The notes: generated by a model not told the origin, from the sequence alone. DNA of 64,000 nucleotides from Candidatus Latescibacterota bacterium (GCA_965222605.1 OZ244960.1:4096001-4160000), one strand, 5' to 3'. Shown: positions 20,167 to 30,507, numbered from the stretch's first letter. Numbers and translations: made by a program.

Positions 20167-21750
20167 CTAAAGATCTATGTGAGTTATCTCAAATACCGCG
20201 ATGTTACGGCTCTCTCGGCTGAACTCTACTGCGATCAGGTGGATTGGCTCGCCCCGGGCGCGGTATTTGTCGGCGTAACGCCGCGCTTTTAATTGCGCCA
20301 TTGCCGCGCCTTTGGGCGCCATTTCCACCACTTTGAATTCGAACAGGTACACGTTGCTGTTGAATAATACGGCCATGTCCAGACAGCCGTGGCTGCTGCT
20401 GTCTTCCACCGTGATGTCAAGCCCCAGTGCTGCGAAATAGGAATAAAACACACTCGCGTAGTAGCCCTCGTAGTTGGCGATGTCGTTGTTTGTGTACCAC
20501 TCGTAGGGAATACTGGCGAAGAATGCGTGGAACAGTGTCTTGAGTCTCTCAAAGTCATTCGCTTCCAGCAGGCGGTAGAGTTGGACGCTGTTCGCCATAA
20601 GGCGCGTGGCGTCTTTTACCAGGTAGCGCAGCAGGCTGCGATTGAGGCTCTGGCGCACCTCCCGATTGGGATAACCCAGTCGGTAAAGGGATTCACCGCC
20701 CAGGTTCTCCTCACCGGTAATGGTCAGGTACCCGGTCTGAAACAACAGGGCTTCGGTCGCGATTTCATCGACATCGAAGGTCGATAGCAAGTCGATACTG
20801 CCCACCATCTCGTCAAGTGATAGAGAACTGACACGGCGTTTGAACAGGGTCTCGATTAGGAATGTCGGCGTGCCGGTCTCGAACCAATAGGCTTCGAAGC
20901 TGCGTCTTCGGAACAGCAGGAGGATGTCAAAAGGGTTATAGACCTTCTCATCGCCCCGCCAGTTATAGCCATTGTACCAGTCGCGGATTTGATCGCGGTC
21001 CAGGCTGGGTAGCTCAGGCGCGAATATCGTGTCAAGGTCTGCCTCGGTGTAGCCGCAGATGGCTGAATAGCCCGGATCCATGGTGATGTCGGTCAGGTTG
21101 TTGAGGCCTGAGAACAGATGCACCTTGGAGAACTTGCTGACGCCAGTGAGAAAGGTGAACTTGATATGCGCATCGCTGTCCTTGATGGTTGCGTACAGGC
21201 CGCGCAAAAAGTCGCGGTTGGCGCGTGCGACCTCTGGCACTTCGAGTGCGTCCAGGATCGGCTTGTCGTATTCATCTACCAGAACGGCCACAGGTTGTCC
21301 AGCACGCTCGTGCAGTGCCTCGATCAGATAGGCGAAACGACCCGGTATTGTTTCGGACTCGACAACCACCCCGGTTCGGCGTTCGATAGCGGTCAATTGA
21401 TCCAAAAGGTTCGCTTGCAGGTAGTCAGGCTCTTTGAAGTTGCCACTGCCAAAGCTCAGACGCAGGACAGGATAGCGGACCGACCAATCCCAGCGGTCGT
21501 GAATGTGAAGCCCCTCGAACAGCCCCTCGTTGCTCTCGAAAAGTTCCTTCAAGGTGTCGAGAAAGAGGCTCTTGCCAAAGCGGCGAGGACGCGATAAAAA
21601 GTAATGCGTGCCTTCATCTATCAGCCGCTGAATATAAGCGGTTTTGTCAACGTAATAGCAGTTCTCCTCCCGAATTTTGCGGAAGGTCTGAATGCCGATG
21701 GGCAACTTGCGTCTATCTGCCCGCAATGTGCTGGGACTCGGATTTTTCAT
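20167..21750 (-). CDS. AAA-ATPase-like domain + PD-(D/E)XK nuclease (PDDEXK_9-type) protein
   Basis: LPIGIQTF, YYVDKT, RPRRFGKS, LVDEYDKP, WYNGY, YNPF; C-terminal D..LFEFK..Q....Y. Confidence 0.9.
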   Translation of the reverse strand: MKNPSPSTLRADRRKLPIGIQTFRKIREENCYYVDKTAYIQRLIDEGTHYFLSRPRRFGKSLFLDTLKELFESNEGLFEGLHIHDRWDWSVRYPVLRLSFGSGNFKEPDYLQANLLDQLTAIERRTGVVVESETIPGRFAYLIEALHERAGQPVAVLVDEYDKPILDALEVPEVARANRDFLRGLYATIKDSDAHIKFTFLTGVSKFSKVHLFSGLNNLTDITMDPGYSAICGYTEADLDTIFAPELPSLDRDQIRDWYNGYNWRGDEKVYNPFDILLLFRRRSFEAYWFETGTPTFLIETLFKRRVSSLSLDEMVGSIDLLSTFDVDEIATEALLFQTGYLTITGEENLGGESLYRLGYPNREVRQSLNRSLLRYLVKDATRLMANSVQLYRLLEANDFERLKTLFHAFFASIPYEWYTNNDIANYEGYYASVFYSYFAALGLDITVEDSSSHGCLDMAVLFNSNVYLFEFKVVEMAPKGAAMAQLKARRYADKYRARGEPIHLIAVEFSRESRNIAVFEITHIDL

Positions 21751-21805
21751 ATTTTTATCCGGCCATTTCAGTTGTATTACTTAGATAGGCAGCGTAATAC
21801 TTCTC

Positions 21806-22912
21806 TCACTGAGCCAGCCAGGCGCTGAAGCGCTCGTTCATTTCATCCCGGTGATCGCTCCACCATTGCCAGGCATTTCGCAGGGCGCGCTTGGCGTTTT
21901 GCGGGCTGTTGGGCATGTGGGGGTTCATATCGACGCCCTTCTCGGCGTGCGTCGATATCAGCGGCTCCGCAGAGATGCGCGTGGGGCTGTAGGCGATGTA
22001 GCTACCGACGGCGGCTATGGCTTTCGCCGTCGAGGCGTAATTGAGAAATTTCTTCGCGGCGTCGAGGTTCGGCGTTCCCGCGACAATGGCAAGCCCGCCT
22101 ATGTCCAGTATTTGCCCGTCCCAGACAATGACAAAAGGCTGGTTTTCCAATACCTGAGCATTGAAGATACGCCCGTTGTAAGCCGTGCTCATCACCACTT
22201 CGCCATCGGCGAGCATCTGCGGAGGCTGTGCCCCGGTTTCCCACCATACGATGTGGTCTTTGATGGTGTCCAGCTTGCGGAAGGCGCGATCCACGCCTTC
22301 AGGCGTATCGAGTGTGGGATACACTTTGTTGAGTGGTACGCCGTCGGCAATCAGCGCGAATTCCAGGTTTACCTGGGGTGAGCGGCGCATGCCTCGGCGA
22401 CCGGAGAATTTTTCGAGGTCAAAAAAGTCGGCCATTGTGGTGGGTTTTTCACCCGGGATATTCTCCTCATTGTACGCGTATATAGTAGAGTAAAACATCG
22501 TTGCCGGACCGCAATCTGTCGTCGTCCCGAGCGGAAAGTCCTGCGCTGCAGGCGTTCCATCGGCACCTGCTGGCAGCGAGTTGACCGGGATGGGTTCGAG
22601 CAGGCCCTCGTCACAGCCCCGCACCATGTCGTGGATTTCCAAATCGACGATGTCCCAATGCACATTGCCCGACTCAACCTGCGAGCGGACCTGCGCCAAC
22701 CCGCCGTTGTAGTCTTCGAGGTTGATTTTGATGCCTGTTTCAGCGGTGAACACCTCGTGGTAGCCTTTGACGCAGGCACGCGCATAAGAGCCACCCCAGG
22801 AAACTACGGTTAGTGGTCGATCGTTGGCAACTGCACGATCTGAGGTCAATATCGCTAGCGCGATCAGTACAGTTAGGTAAAACGCCGTTTTACACTTGTT
22901 TTTCCACTTCAA
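21806..22912 (-). CDS. Polyamine-type ABC transporter substrate-binding protein (paralog 2)
   Basis: Signal peptide, VVSWGGSYA, DFFDLEKF, QPPQMLADGEV, AYNGR. Confidence 0.9.
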   Translation of the reverse strand: MKWKNKCKTAFYLTVLIALAILTSDRAVANDRPLTVVSWGGSYARACVKGYHEVFTAETGIKINLEDYNGGLAQVRSQVESGNVHWDIVDLEIHDMVRGCDEGLLEPIPVNSLPAGADGTPAAQDFPLGTTTDCGPATMFYSTIYAYNEENIPGEKPTTMADFFDLEKFSGRRGMRRSPQVNLEFALIADGVPLNKVYPTLDTPEGVDRAFRKLDTIKDHIVWWETGAQPPQMLADGEVVMSTAYNGRIFNAQVLENQPFVIVWDGQILDIGGLAIVAGTPNLDAAKKFLNYASTAKAIAAVGSYIAYSPTRISAEPLISTHAEKGVDMNPHMPNSPQNAKRALRNAWQWWSDHRDEMNERFSAWLAQ

Positions 22913-22977
22913 GTTATGTCCTCCTCATATGGTATGGATAGAATATCCAGTAGTCTGCGGTATAGATAATATATCCC

Positions 22978-24078
22978 TTATTGAGCCAGCCAGGTGCTGA
23001 AGCGCTCGTTCATTTCGTCGAGGTGAACGCTCCACCATTCCCAGGCATTTCGCAGGGCGCGCTTGGCATTTTGCGGGCTGTTGGGCATGTGGGGTTTCAT
23101 ATCTACGCCCTTCTCGGCGTGTGTCGTTATCAGCGATTCCGCAGAGTGGCGCGTGGGGCTGTAGGCGATGTAGCTACCGACACCGGCCATGGCCCTCGCC
23201 GTTGAGGCGAAATTGAGAAACTTCTTTGCGGCTTCGAGGTTCGGTGTTCCCGCGACAATAGCAAGTCCAGATAGATCCAGTATTTGCCCGTCCCACACGA
23301 TAACAAAGAGTTGATTTTCCAATACCTGTGCATTGAAGATGCGCCCGTTGTAAGCCGTGGTCATCACTACCTCGCCATCGGCGAGCATCTGTGGCGGCTG
23401 CGCCCCGGCTTCCCACCATACGATGTGGTCTTTGATGGTGTCCAGCTTGCGGAAGGCGCGGTCCACGCCTTCGGGCGTATCGAGCATGGCATATACCTTA
23501 TTGAGCGGCACGCCATCGGCGATTAGTGCGAATTCCAGGTTCACCTGGGGTGAGCGGCGCATGCCTCGGCGTCCGGGAAATTTTTCGAGGTCAAAAAAGT
23601 CGGCCACTGTGGTGGGTTTTTCGCCCGGGATATTCTCTTCGTTGTACGCGTATATGGTGGAGTAAAACAGTGTTGCCACGCCACAGTCTGTCGATGTGCC
23701 GAACAGAAAATCCTCTTCCGCAGGCGTTCCGTCGGCCCCCGCTGGCAGCGAGTCGATCTCAACGTGTTCGAGCAGGCCCTCATCGCAGCCTTGCGCCCAT
23801 GTCGGGAATCTCAAATCGACGATGTCCCAATGCACATTGCCCGCTTTAACCTGTGCGCGAATCTGCGCCAGCCCGCCGTTGTAGTCTTCGAGGTTGATTT
23901 TGATGCCAGTTTCAGCGGTAAATGCCTCGTGGTATCCTTTGACGCAGGCGCGTGCATAAGAGCCGCCCCATGAGACCACGGTTAATGGTCGGTCTTCAGA
24001 AACAGCACAACCCAGGGTCAACATCGCCAGCGCGGTTATTACCGCGGTGCATAATGTCTTTCTCTGTTTGGTATTCAT
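22978..24078 (-). CDS. Polyamine-type ABC transporter substrate-binding protein (paralog 1, possible lipoprotein)
   Basis: Same motifs as the downstream paralog; TLGC possible lipobox. Confidence 0.9.
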   Translation of the reverse strand: MNTKQRKTLCTAVITALAMLTLGCAVSEDRPLTVVSWGGSYARACVKGYHEAFTAETGIKINLEDYNGGLAQIRAQVKAGNVHWDIVDLRFPTWAQGCDEGLLEHVEIDSLPAGADGTPAEEDFLFGTSTDCGVATLFYSTIYAYNEENIPGEKPTTVADFFDLEKFPGRRGMRRSPQVNLEFALIADGVPLNKVYAMLDTPEGVDRAFRKLDTIKDHIVWWEAGAQPPQMLADGEVVMTTAYNGRIFNAQVLENQLFVIVWDGQILDLSGLAIVAGTPNLEAAKKFLNFASTARAMAGVGSYIAYSPTRHSAESLITTHAEKGVDMKPHMPNSPQNAKRALRNAWEWWSVHLDEMNERFSTWLAQ

Positions 24079-25184
24079 GTTGTATCCTCCTCGTCGTCCG
24101 GGTCGAGCACCCGGCAGTCTGTTGGTGTCCAGCCGATGCGGATGTTATCGCCTTCCAGCACGGCTCCGTGCCCCACGGTGTTGGGTATTTTTGCGATGAA
24201 ATCCGAGGACTCACACACGTTCAGGCGAATGCGCAGATGGTCGCCCAGAAAGGTGATGTCCTCGATTTTTGCTTCGAGTTCATTGGTGTACAGGCCTGGC
24301 TCGGGTGCGAGGGCGACGCGTTCTGGGCGAATCGACAGCGTGGTGGCGTCGCCGCGCTGGCAGGGTGCAACGCGCAATGCATGGATGATTTGGCCGCCGG
24401 TTTCCACTTCGCAAATGTCCCCATTTAGTTTTATTACGCGGCCGTGCAAGCGGTTGTTTTCGCCGATGAAGCGGGCTACAAATGAACGCTCTGGCTCTTC
24501 GTAGAGGGCCTCGGGTTCGGCAATTTGCTGGATGTCTCCCTCCTGCAGGACAGCGATGCGGTTCGACATCACCATGGCCTCTTGCTGGTCGTGCGTGACG
24601 TAAACGACGGTCACACCGAGGCTCTGGTGGATATGGCGGATTTCGTACTGCATCTCTTCGCGCAGACGCCGGTCAAGTGCGCCGAGGGGTTCGTCCATCA
24701 GCACCAGATCGGGTTCGAATACCAGCGCGCGGGCGATTGCTACGCGCTGCTGCTGACCGCCAGAGAGTTGGTTGGGGCGTCGGTCTTCCAGGCCGCTGAG
24801 ACGAACCAGATCCAGGGCACGCGCTACGCGTTCGCGGCACTGTTCTCGGTCAAAGCCACGCACCTCGAGGGGAAATGCGAGGTTACCGCCTACTGTCATA
24901 TGCGGGAAGAGCGCGTAGTTCTGAAATACCATGCCAATGCCTCGCTTGCGCGGGGGCAGTGCGTGTACAGAACGCCCGTCAATGCGGATGTCGCCCGATG
25001 TGGGTGTCTCGAAGCCGGCGAGCATCATCAAGCAGGTTGTTTTCCCCGACCCGGATGGGCCGAGCAGGGTCAGAAATTCGCCCTTGCGGACGCTGAAGTT
25101 GACGTTTTGGACAATTAGTGTACGACCGTCGTAACTTTTGCAGACATTCTCAAATTCGACGTAGGCTTTATCTTTTTGAGGCAT
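24075..25184 (-). CDS. potA: Polyamine-type ABC transporter ATP-binding protein
   Basis: GPSGSGKT, FQNYALFPHMTV, LSGGQQQR, MDEPLGALD, C-terminal TOBE; start at MPQKDK. Confidence 0.9.
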   Translation of the reverse strand: MPQKDKAYVEFENVCKSYDGRTLIVQNVNFSVRKGEFLTLLGPSGSGKTTCLMMLAGFETPTSGDIRIDGRSVHALPPRKRGIGMVFQNYALFPHMTVGGNLAFPLEVRGFDREQCRERVARALDLVRLSGLEDRRPNQLSGGQQQRVAIARALVFEPDLVLMDEPLGALDRRLREEMQYEIRHIHQSLGVTVVYVTHDQQEAMVMSNRIAVLQEGDIQQIAEPEALYEEPERSFVARFIGENNRLHGRVIKLNGDICEVETGGQIIHALRVAPCQRGDATTLSIRPERVALAPEPGLYTNELEAKIEDITFLGDHLRIRLNVCESSDFIAKIPNTVGHGAVLEGDNIRIGWTPTDCRVLDPDDEEDTT

Positions 25185-25373
25185 TCGCGTGTCCTTATCC
25201 GAAGTCCAGAATTTCGCTAAAAACACAGATCGGCAAGCTGGTGGATCAAGGTTTGAAGTAAATTCAAAACTACTCAAATGTCAACGTCTTTCCTCTTTCG
25301 CCATATCTCGCTTCGCTATATATTTTAGAAGCTATCATTAACATTCATTATTTTTTTAAAGGAGTCAGATTGT

Positions 25374-26138
25374 ATGCGGTATAAACGCGTTGTTCTCAAA
25401 CTCAGTGGCGGTGCTGTTTCAGGTGCTTTGGAATCGGGATTTGACCCGGAAGCCCTCGAACATATTGCTGATGAAATTCTCGACATTCACAGCCGAGGTA
25501 TTGAAATCGGCATTGTTATTGGTGGGGGCAATATTTTTCGGGGCGAACAGAGTGTGCGGTGGGGTATTGAACGCTCCGAAGCCGATAATATCGGTATGCT
25601 GGGCACTATTATCAATAGTCTGATGCTGCGCGGTGTGCTCAATGCCAAAAGCGATGCCGAGGTGCGCGTGATGACCGCGATTCCGATTAACACAGTCGCA
25701 GAACCCTTTATTCGCCTGGTTGCTGCTCGGCATCTCGATAAGGGGTATATTGTCATTTTTGCTGGGGGCATTGGCAATCCCTTTCTCACGACCGACTATC
25801 CTGGCGTACAGCGCGCCCTTGAGGTACGTGCAGATGCCATTTTGTTTGCCAAGCACAAAGCCAATGGCATTTATACAGACGATCCGAACAAAAATCCCGA
25901 TGCCAAACTCTATCGCCGCATCAATCACGATACAATTATTCAAAAAAACCTGGGTGCTCTGGATCAGTCCGCAGTGATTCTCGCCCGAGACCATCATTTG
26001 CCGATTCACGTTTTTGATTTTGAACAAAAAGGCCTGATGCGCCGCATTGTAGAAGGTCAGGACGTTGGCACACTGATTGCCCAAACGCCAGAAGATGTGC
26101 TCGAAGAAGAAACAGTCGCTCAGGAGAACGCCACATGA
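25374..26138 (+). CDS. pyrH: Uridylate kinase family protein (atypical variant)
   Basis: YKRVVLKLSG, IVIGGGNIFRG, GNPFLTTD, YTDDP. Confidence 0.85.
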   Translation: MRYKRVVLKLSGGAVSGALESGFDPEALEHIADEILDIHSRGIEIGIVIGGGNIFRGEQSVRWGIERSEADNIGMLGTIINSLMLRGVLNAKSDAEVRVMTAIPINTVAEPFIRLVAARHLDKGYIVIFAGGIGNPFLTTDYPGVQRALEVRADAILFAKHKANGIYTDDPNKNPDAKLYRRINHDTIIQKNLGALDQSAVILARDHHLPIHVFDFEQKGLMRRIVEGQDVGTLIAQTPEDVLEEETVAQENAT

Positions 26139-27409
26139 AACTCCTCGTCGTTGGCAGAGGCGGGCGCGAACACGCCTTTGTCTGGAAACTCGCTCAGAGC
26201 AACAAGATTACCAGGTTATACGCAGCGTCCGGAAGCCCGGGTATGGCACAATATGCCGAATGTGTTGATATATCGGATAGCGACCTCGATGGTCTCGCAG
26301 ACTTTGCACAACGAGGGGACATTGATATTACGGTCATCGGTCCCGAAGCACCCCTCGCGGATGGTATTGTCGATATTTTTACAGAACGCGGCCTCGCGGT
26401 TTTTGGTCCCACACAGGCAGCGGCGCAAATTGAAGCGGATAAAGATTTCGCGCTTGAACTCATGCACAAATACGATATTCCAACCGGTGCTTACGAAACG
26501 TTTGTGGATGCGGAAACAGCCCGAGAACGGCTCGTGGAATGGCAACACCCACTCTATCTCAAAGTGAGCGGCCTGGCTGCGGGCAAAGGGGCGATTTATT
26601 GTGAGACCCTGCAAGATTCGTATAAAACTGTGGATGAAGTGATGGTGCAACGCGCTTTTGGTGACTCGGGTGACAAGCTGGTTGCTATGGAATTGCTCGA
26701 GGGGGAAGAGGCGTCGATATTTGGATTTTCAGATGGCGAGAATATTGTTTGTGTTGTGCCTTCGCAGGACCACAAGACTATTGGTGAAGGCGATGTGGGG
26801 CTAAACACGGGTGGTATGGGTGCGTATGCGCCTGCCCCGGTTGTTACGCCCGAACTCTTTGACGATATTGTTCAGCGCATTATGAAACGCACGGTACACG
26901 CCCTGGCACGGGAAGGCCGTCCGTACAAAGGTATTCTCTACGGTGGTATTATTGTCACGGCTGATGGTCCCAGGGTGATCGAATTTAACTGTCGCATGGG
27001 CGATCCGGAAACTCAGGTGGTTCTCCCATTGCTCAAAACCGATCTTGTCGATATAATCGCGGCTGTGTGCAATGGTTCGGTGGCGGATCTCGATATTGAA
27101 CTCGACAATCGCGCGGCGACTTGTGTGGTCATGGCATCGGGGGGCTATCCCGAAGCATACGATACCGGTTTTCCCATTTCTGGGATTGACCGCGCCGAGG
27201 CACCGGGCGATGTTATTGTTTTTCACGCTGGTACGGGGCGCAATGACGGTCAACTCGTCACCAATGGCGGGCGCGTTATCGGCGTTACCGCAATTGGTGA
27301 TTCTATCAGATCTTCTATTGACCGCGCTTATGAAGCCGTGGGCAAAATTGATTTTGACAACGCCTATTTCCGACGGGATATTGGGTATCGCGCTGTGACA
27401 AATGCCTGA
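26135..27409 (+). CDS. purD: Phosphoribosylamine-glycine ligase
   Basis: GGREHA, GPEAPL, GLAAGKG, QDHK, NTGGMGAY, EFNCRMGDPETQ, TNGGRV. Confidence 0.97.
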   Translation: MKLLVVGRGGREHAFVWKLAQSNKITRLYAASGSPGMAQYAECVDISDSDLDGLADFAQRGDIDITVIGPEAPLADGIVDIFTERGLAVFGPTQAAAQIEADKDFALELMHKYDIPTGAYETFVDAETARERLVEWQHPLYLKVSGLAAGKGAIYCETLQDSYKTVDEVMVQRAFGDSGDKLVAMELLEGEEASIFGFSDGENIVCVVPSQDHKTIGEGDVGLNTGGMGAYAPAPVVTPELFDDIVQRIMKRTVHALAREGRPYKGILYGGIIVTADGPRVIEFNCRMGDPETQVVLPLLKTDLVDIIAAVCNGSVADLDIELDNRAATCVVMASGGYPEAYDTGFPISGIDRAEAPGDVIVFHAGTGRNDGQLVTNGGRVIGVTAIGDSIRSSIDRAYEAVGKIDFDNAYFRRDIGYRAVTNA

Positions 27410-27531
27410 GCCACCACTCTTACGATTCTTACGATAGAGATTTTCTGATCTTTGCCAACCAATTTGGCGGTTAAGCGTCATAACGTGTATCTTTCTTGAA
27501 CAAGATAACCAGACATTTCTGGAGGCTTACG

Positions 27532-28623
27532 ATGTCTTACAAAGCAGCGGTTATTGGTCTGGGGCGTATGGGCAGTACTTTTGATGATGAAATCATGCAT
27601 GGTGGATCCATTTTCTTGCCCTATTGCCACGCGCCCACTTATTGCGCGCATCCGCAAACCGATCTCATTGCCGGGGCTGATCCCCACGATGAACAATGCG
27701 CTCTGTTTGGCGAGCGGTGGGGTGTTGATAGCGAGCATCTGTATGCCAATCATCACGACCTGCTGGAAAAAGCGAAACCCGATATCGTCAGTGTGACTAC
27801 CACAGCGCGTTACCGCCCGCAAATTGTACTGGATGCTGTGGAAGCTGGTGTCAAAGCTTTATGGGTGGAAAAACCGATTGCCTTTAGCCTTGAAGAAGCC
27901 GATGCTATGGTCAATGCGTGCCGGGAAAATGGCGTTGCCATTGCTGTGTATTGCTCGCGCCGTTACAATCCCTATTTTAGTGAGACCCGCCGCATGATTG
28001 AATCTGGTGACCTCGGCGATATTCTCCAGATAACGGCTTATGCCCAGTGTGGTTTGTCGCACAATGGCAGCCACGCGATAGACACGATTCGCTATCTCGC
28101 TGGTGGCGCTGTTTCATGGGTTTTTGGAGAAATGGCGTCGGATGTGGAAGCCGCATCTGATGACGATCTGATGGGCAATGGGTATCTCGCTTTTGACAAT
28201 GGCGTTCGGGCATATCTTCGCGGGACATCGACTGGTGTTGCTTCGTGGGAATTTGATATTATTGGGACACGGGGCAGGGTACGCACGTTATCGGACGCGC
28301 TTGAGTTTGAGTTTTTCCAGAGGGTTTCGGACGGCAGGCGGAGTGTCCCCGCCAGGTCTCCCTTCCCGCAACCAGCGCGTCCCGTAGGTCAGGGTATTAT
28401 CACTGTTGATGATTTGATTGATGCCATGGAGAACAACCGTCCGCCGCGTTGCTCTGGAGCCGATGGTCGCGCTGCTCTTGAGGTTGCTATTGCACTGCGG
28501 GAATCCCATCGGCGGGGTGGCGTCCGCATTGATTTGCCCATTGAGGACAGGTCGCTCAAGATTTTTTCCAGCGAGACTCAGGCTGACCACACACCTGCGC
28601 GAGTGCGCCGGTTGAATCAATAA
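27532..28623 (+). CDS. Gfo/Idh/MocA family oxidoreductase
   Basis: IGLGRMG, VEKPIA, NGSHAID; GGAGG RBS. Confidence 0.92.
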   Translation: MSYKAAVIGLGRMGSTFDDEIMHGGSIFLPYCHAPTYCAHPQTDLIAGADPHDEQCALFGERWGVDSEHLYANHHDLLEKAKPDIVSVTTTARYRPQIVLDAVEAGVKALWVEKPIAFSLEEADAMVNACRENGVAIAVYCSRRYNPYFSETRRMIESGDLGDILQITAYAQCGLSHNGSHAIDTIRYLAGGAVSWVFGEMASDVEAASDDDLMGNGYLAFDNGVRAYLRGTSTGVASWEFDIIGTRGRVRTLSDALEFEFFQRVSDGRRSVPARSPFPQPARPVGQGIITVDDLIDAMENNRPPRCSGADGRAALEVAIALRESHRRGGVRIDLPIEDRSLKIFSSETQADHTPARVRRLNQ

Positions 28624-28650
28624 AAAAAGCTAAATACCAAAGGAGATTTT

Positions 28651-29106
28651 ATGGCAGATCCGGTTGTTGGCATTATTATGGGCAGTTCATCGGATGAACC
28701 CACGATGCAAAAAGGCTGCGCCATTCTCGACGAACTCCAGATTCCTTACGATATGATTGTATGTTCCGCCCATCGCAACCCCGGGCGCACCGCTGAATAC
28801 GCCAGCACGGCAAAGGCGCGTGGTCTCAAGGTGATTATTGCAGGTGCTGGATTGGCCGCAGCACTGCCCGGTGTGATTGCCGCGCATACGACCTTGCCGG
28901 TTATTGGCGTTCCATGTGCTTCGGGTGCGCTCAACGGCGTTGATGCACTATACGCTATTGTTCAGATGCCTCCGGGGGTCCCCGTTGCGACTGTGGGTAT
29001 TGACAATGCGCGCAATGCCGCTGTGCTGGCAGCACAAATTCTCGCGCTTTCAGATGAGGGCATACAAGAGAGCCTGCAAGCCTATAAAGACGCCCTGGGT
29101 GGATAA
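28651..29106 (+). CDS. purE: N5-CAIR mutase
   Basis: IIMGSSSD, SAHRNP, AGAGLAAALPG, VQMPPGVPVATV. Confidence 0.97.
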   Translation: MADPVVGIIMGSSSDEPTMQKGCAILDELQIPYDMIVCSAHRNPGRTAEYASTAKARGLKVIIAGAGLAAALPGVIAAHTTLPVIGVPCASGALNGVDALYAIVQMPPGVPVATVGIDNARNAAVLAAQILALSDEGIQESLQAYKDALGG

Positions 29107-29136
29107 TACCTTTGCGTTTTAACACGGAGGTCTTTT

Positions 29137-29694
29137 TTGGAACGTCATATATTTGTTTTTCTTGTTCTTCTTTTGATCGGTTGCGACGCACCCAAAACAG
29201 ATCGCGTATCGAATAAGGATCCGTACCTCATTCCTGCGACTGCAGAGGAGATTCTCAAGAATGTGAAAAATACCGATGCCAGGGTCGTTCTGGTCAATGT
29301 CTGGGCAACGTGGTGTCAACCATGTGTTGAAGAGTTTCCCGATTTGATGGCTGTTTATCAGCAGTACAAAGAACAAGGCGTAAAGCTCGTCTTTATTTCT
29401 GCCGATTTTGAAGGTCAGGCCGATGGCGCGATTGCCTTTCTCAAAGCGCAAGGTGTTGACTTTCCGAGCTATCTCAAGTTGAGGAGCGATAGGGCGTTTA
29501 TCAATACATTAGACCCCAACTGGTCGGGCGCAATACCCGCTACATGGTTATACGATAGCGAGGGCAATAAACGCTATTTTTGGCTCGGTAAGACCTCGCG
29601 CGAACAATTTGAGAAAAAAATACGCGATGTATTGATGGAGGGCGATCAGCAGTCAGGTCCCCCTTCATTCTTAAAGGCGAGAGGCGAGACGTGA
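29137..29694 (+). CDS. TlpA-like thiol-disulfide oxidoreductase lipoprotein
   Basis: LIGC lipobox, VNVWATWCQPC, WSGAIPAT. Confidence 0.9.
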   Translation: MERHIFVFLVLLLIGCDAPKTDRVSNKDPYLIPATAEEILKNVKNTDARVVLVNVWATWCQPCVEEFPDLMAVYQQYKEQGVKLVFISADFEGQADGAIAFLKAQGVDFPSYLKLRSDRAFINTLDPNWSGAIPATWLYDSEGNKRYFWLGKTSREQFEKKIRDVLMEGDQQSGPPSFLKARGET

Positions 29695-29842
29695 GAGTGA
29701 GAGGGCCTCACACAAAGACACAAGATGTGAGCAGCGAAACAGCCTGCCCTGAGTGCAGGGAATGGGTAAGGGATGCTTCAGCAGCCCATTCGAGAATCCA
29801 GACTACAGATACGCTCATACCACCAAATATCAGGAGGATTCC

Positions 29843-30454
29843 ATGCGTAAATTATTAGCTATTGCACTTGTCGCAGCGATGGGTTTCAATGTCGAAGCGG
29901 GCAAAAGCGAAACCCTCGCATTGGGCGCGGAAGCACCGGCAACCGACCTGGAGATGAAAGGAACCGATGGTAAGATGTACATTCTGGATAGCGTGCAGGG
30001 CGAGAAGGGCACTCTGGTCATTTTTTCGTGCAACTCCTGCCCGTGGGCCGTTAAATGGGAAAGTCGCGTAGCCAGTATTGGCAATGCGTATCGCAGTAGG
30101 GGTTTTGGCGTTATTGTGATTAACTCCAATGATCCTACACGTGCTGCAGAAGATGGTTTTGATGAGATGGTCGCTCGTGCGAAAGCTCTGTCTTACGAAT
30201 TTCCCTATGTGGTTGATTCCGCATCCCAGGTCGCCCGCGCATTTGGTGCCAGCCGCACACCAGAAGTTTTTCTTTTTAATGATAAAGGCAAGCTGGCGTA
30301 TCACGGTGCGATTGACGATAATGCTTCGGATGCGAATGCCGTGGAAGCGGCCTATCTCAAAGACGCGCTCGACGCATTATTAGCCGGAGAAGCCATTTCA
30401 ATATCCGATACCAAAGCTCTCGGTTGTAGCATCAAATTCAGCGAAGACTCATAA
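29843..30454 (+). CDS. Exported thioredoxin/AhpC-TSA family protein
   Basis: FSCNSCPW, INSND, GASRTPEVF, YHGAIDD, GCSIK; AGGAGG RBS. Confidence 0.9.
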   Translation: MRKLLAIALVAAMGFNVEAGKSETLALGAEAPATDLEMKGTDGKMYILDSVQGEKGTLVIFSCNSCPWAVKWESRVASIGNAYRSRGFGVIVINSNDPTRAAEDGFDEMVARAKALSYEFPYVVDSASQVARAFGASRTPEVFLFNDKGKLAYHGAIDDNASDANAVEAAYLKDALDALLAGEAISISDTKALGCSIKFSEDS

Positions 30455-30471
30455 ATCAATAATTTCAAAAT

Positions 30472-30507
30472 ACCAAAAGCCACTTCAAAACGAGGTGGCT
30501 TTTGGTG
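30472..30507. terminator. Strong hairpin, probable intrinsic terminator
   Basis: ACCAAAAGCCAC...GTGGCTTTTGGT 12-bp perfect stem just after the thioredoxin gene. Confidence 0.7.

Noticed and set aside
29650-29820. Possible structured RNA or MITE between the two thioredoxin-like genes
   Set aside because: Only short weak stems (GTGAG...CTCAC, CCCTG...CAGGG), no second copy in the window and no recognisable riboswitch consensus.
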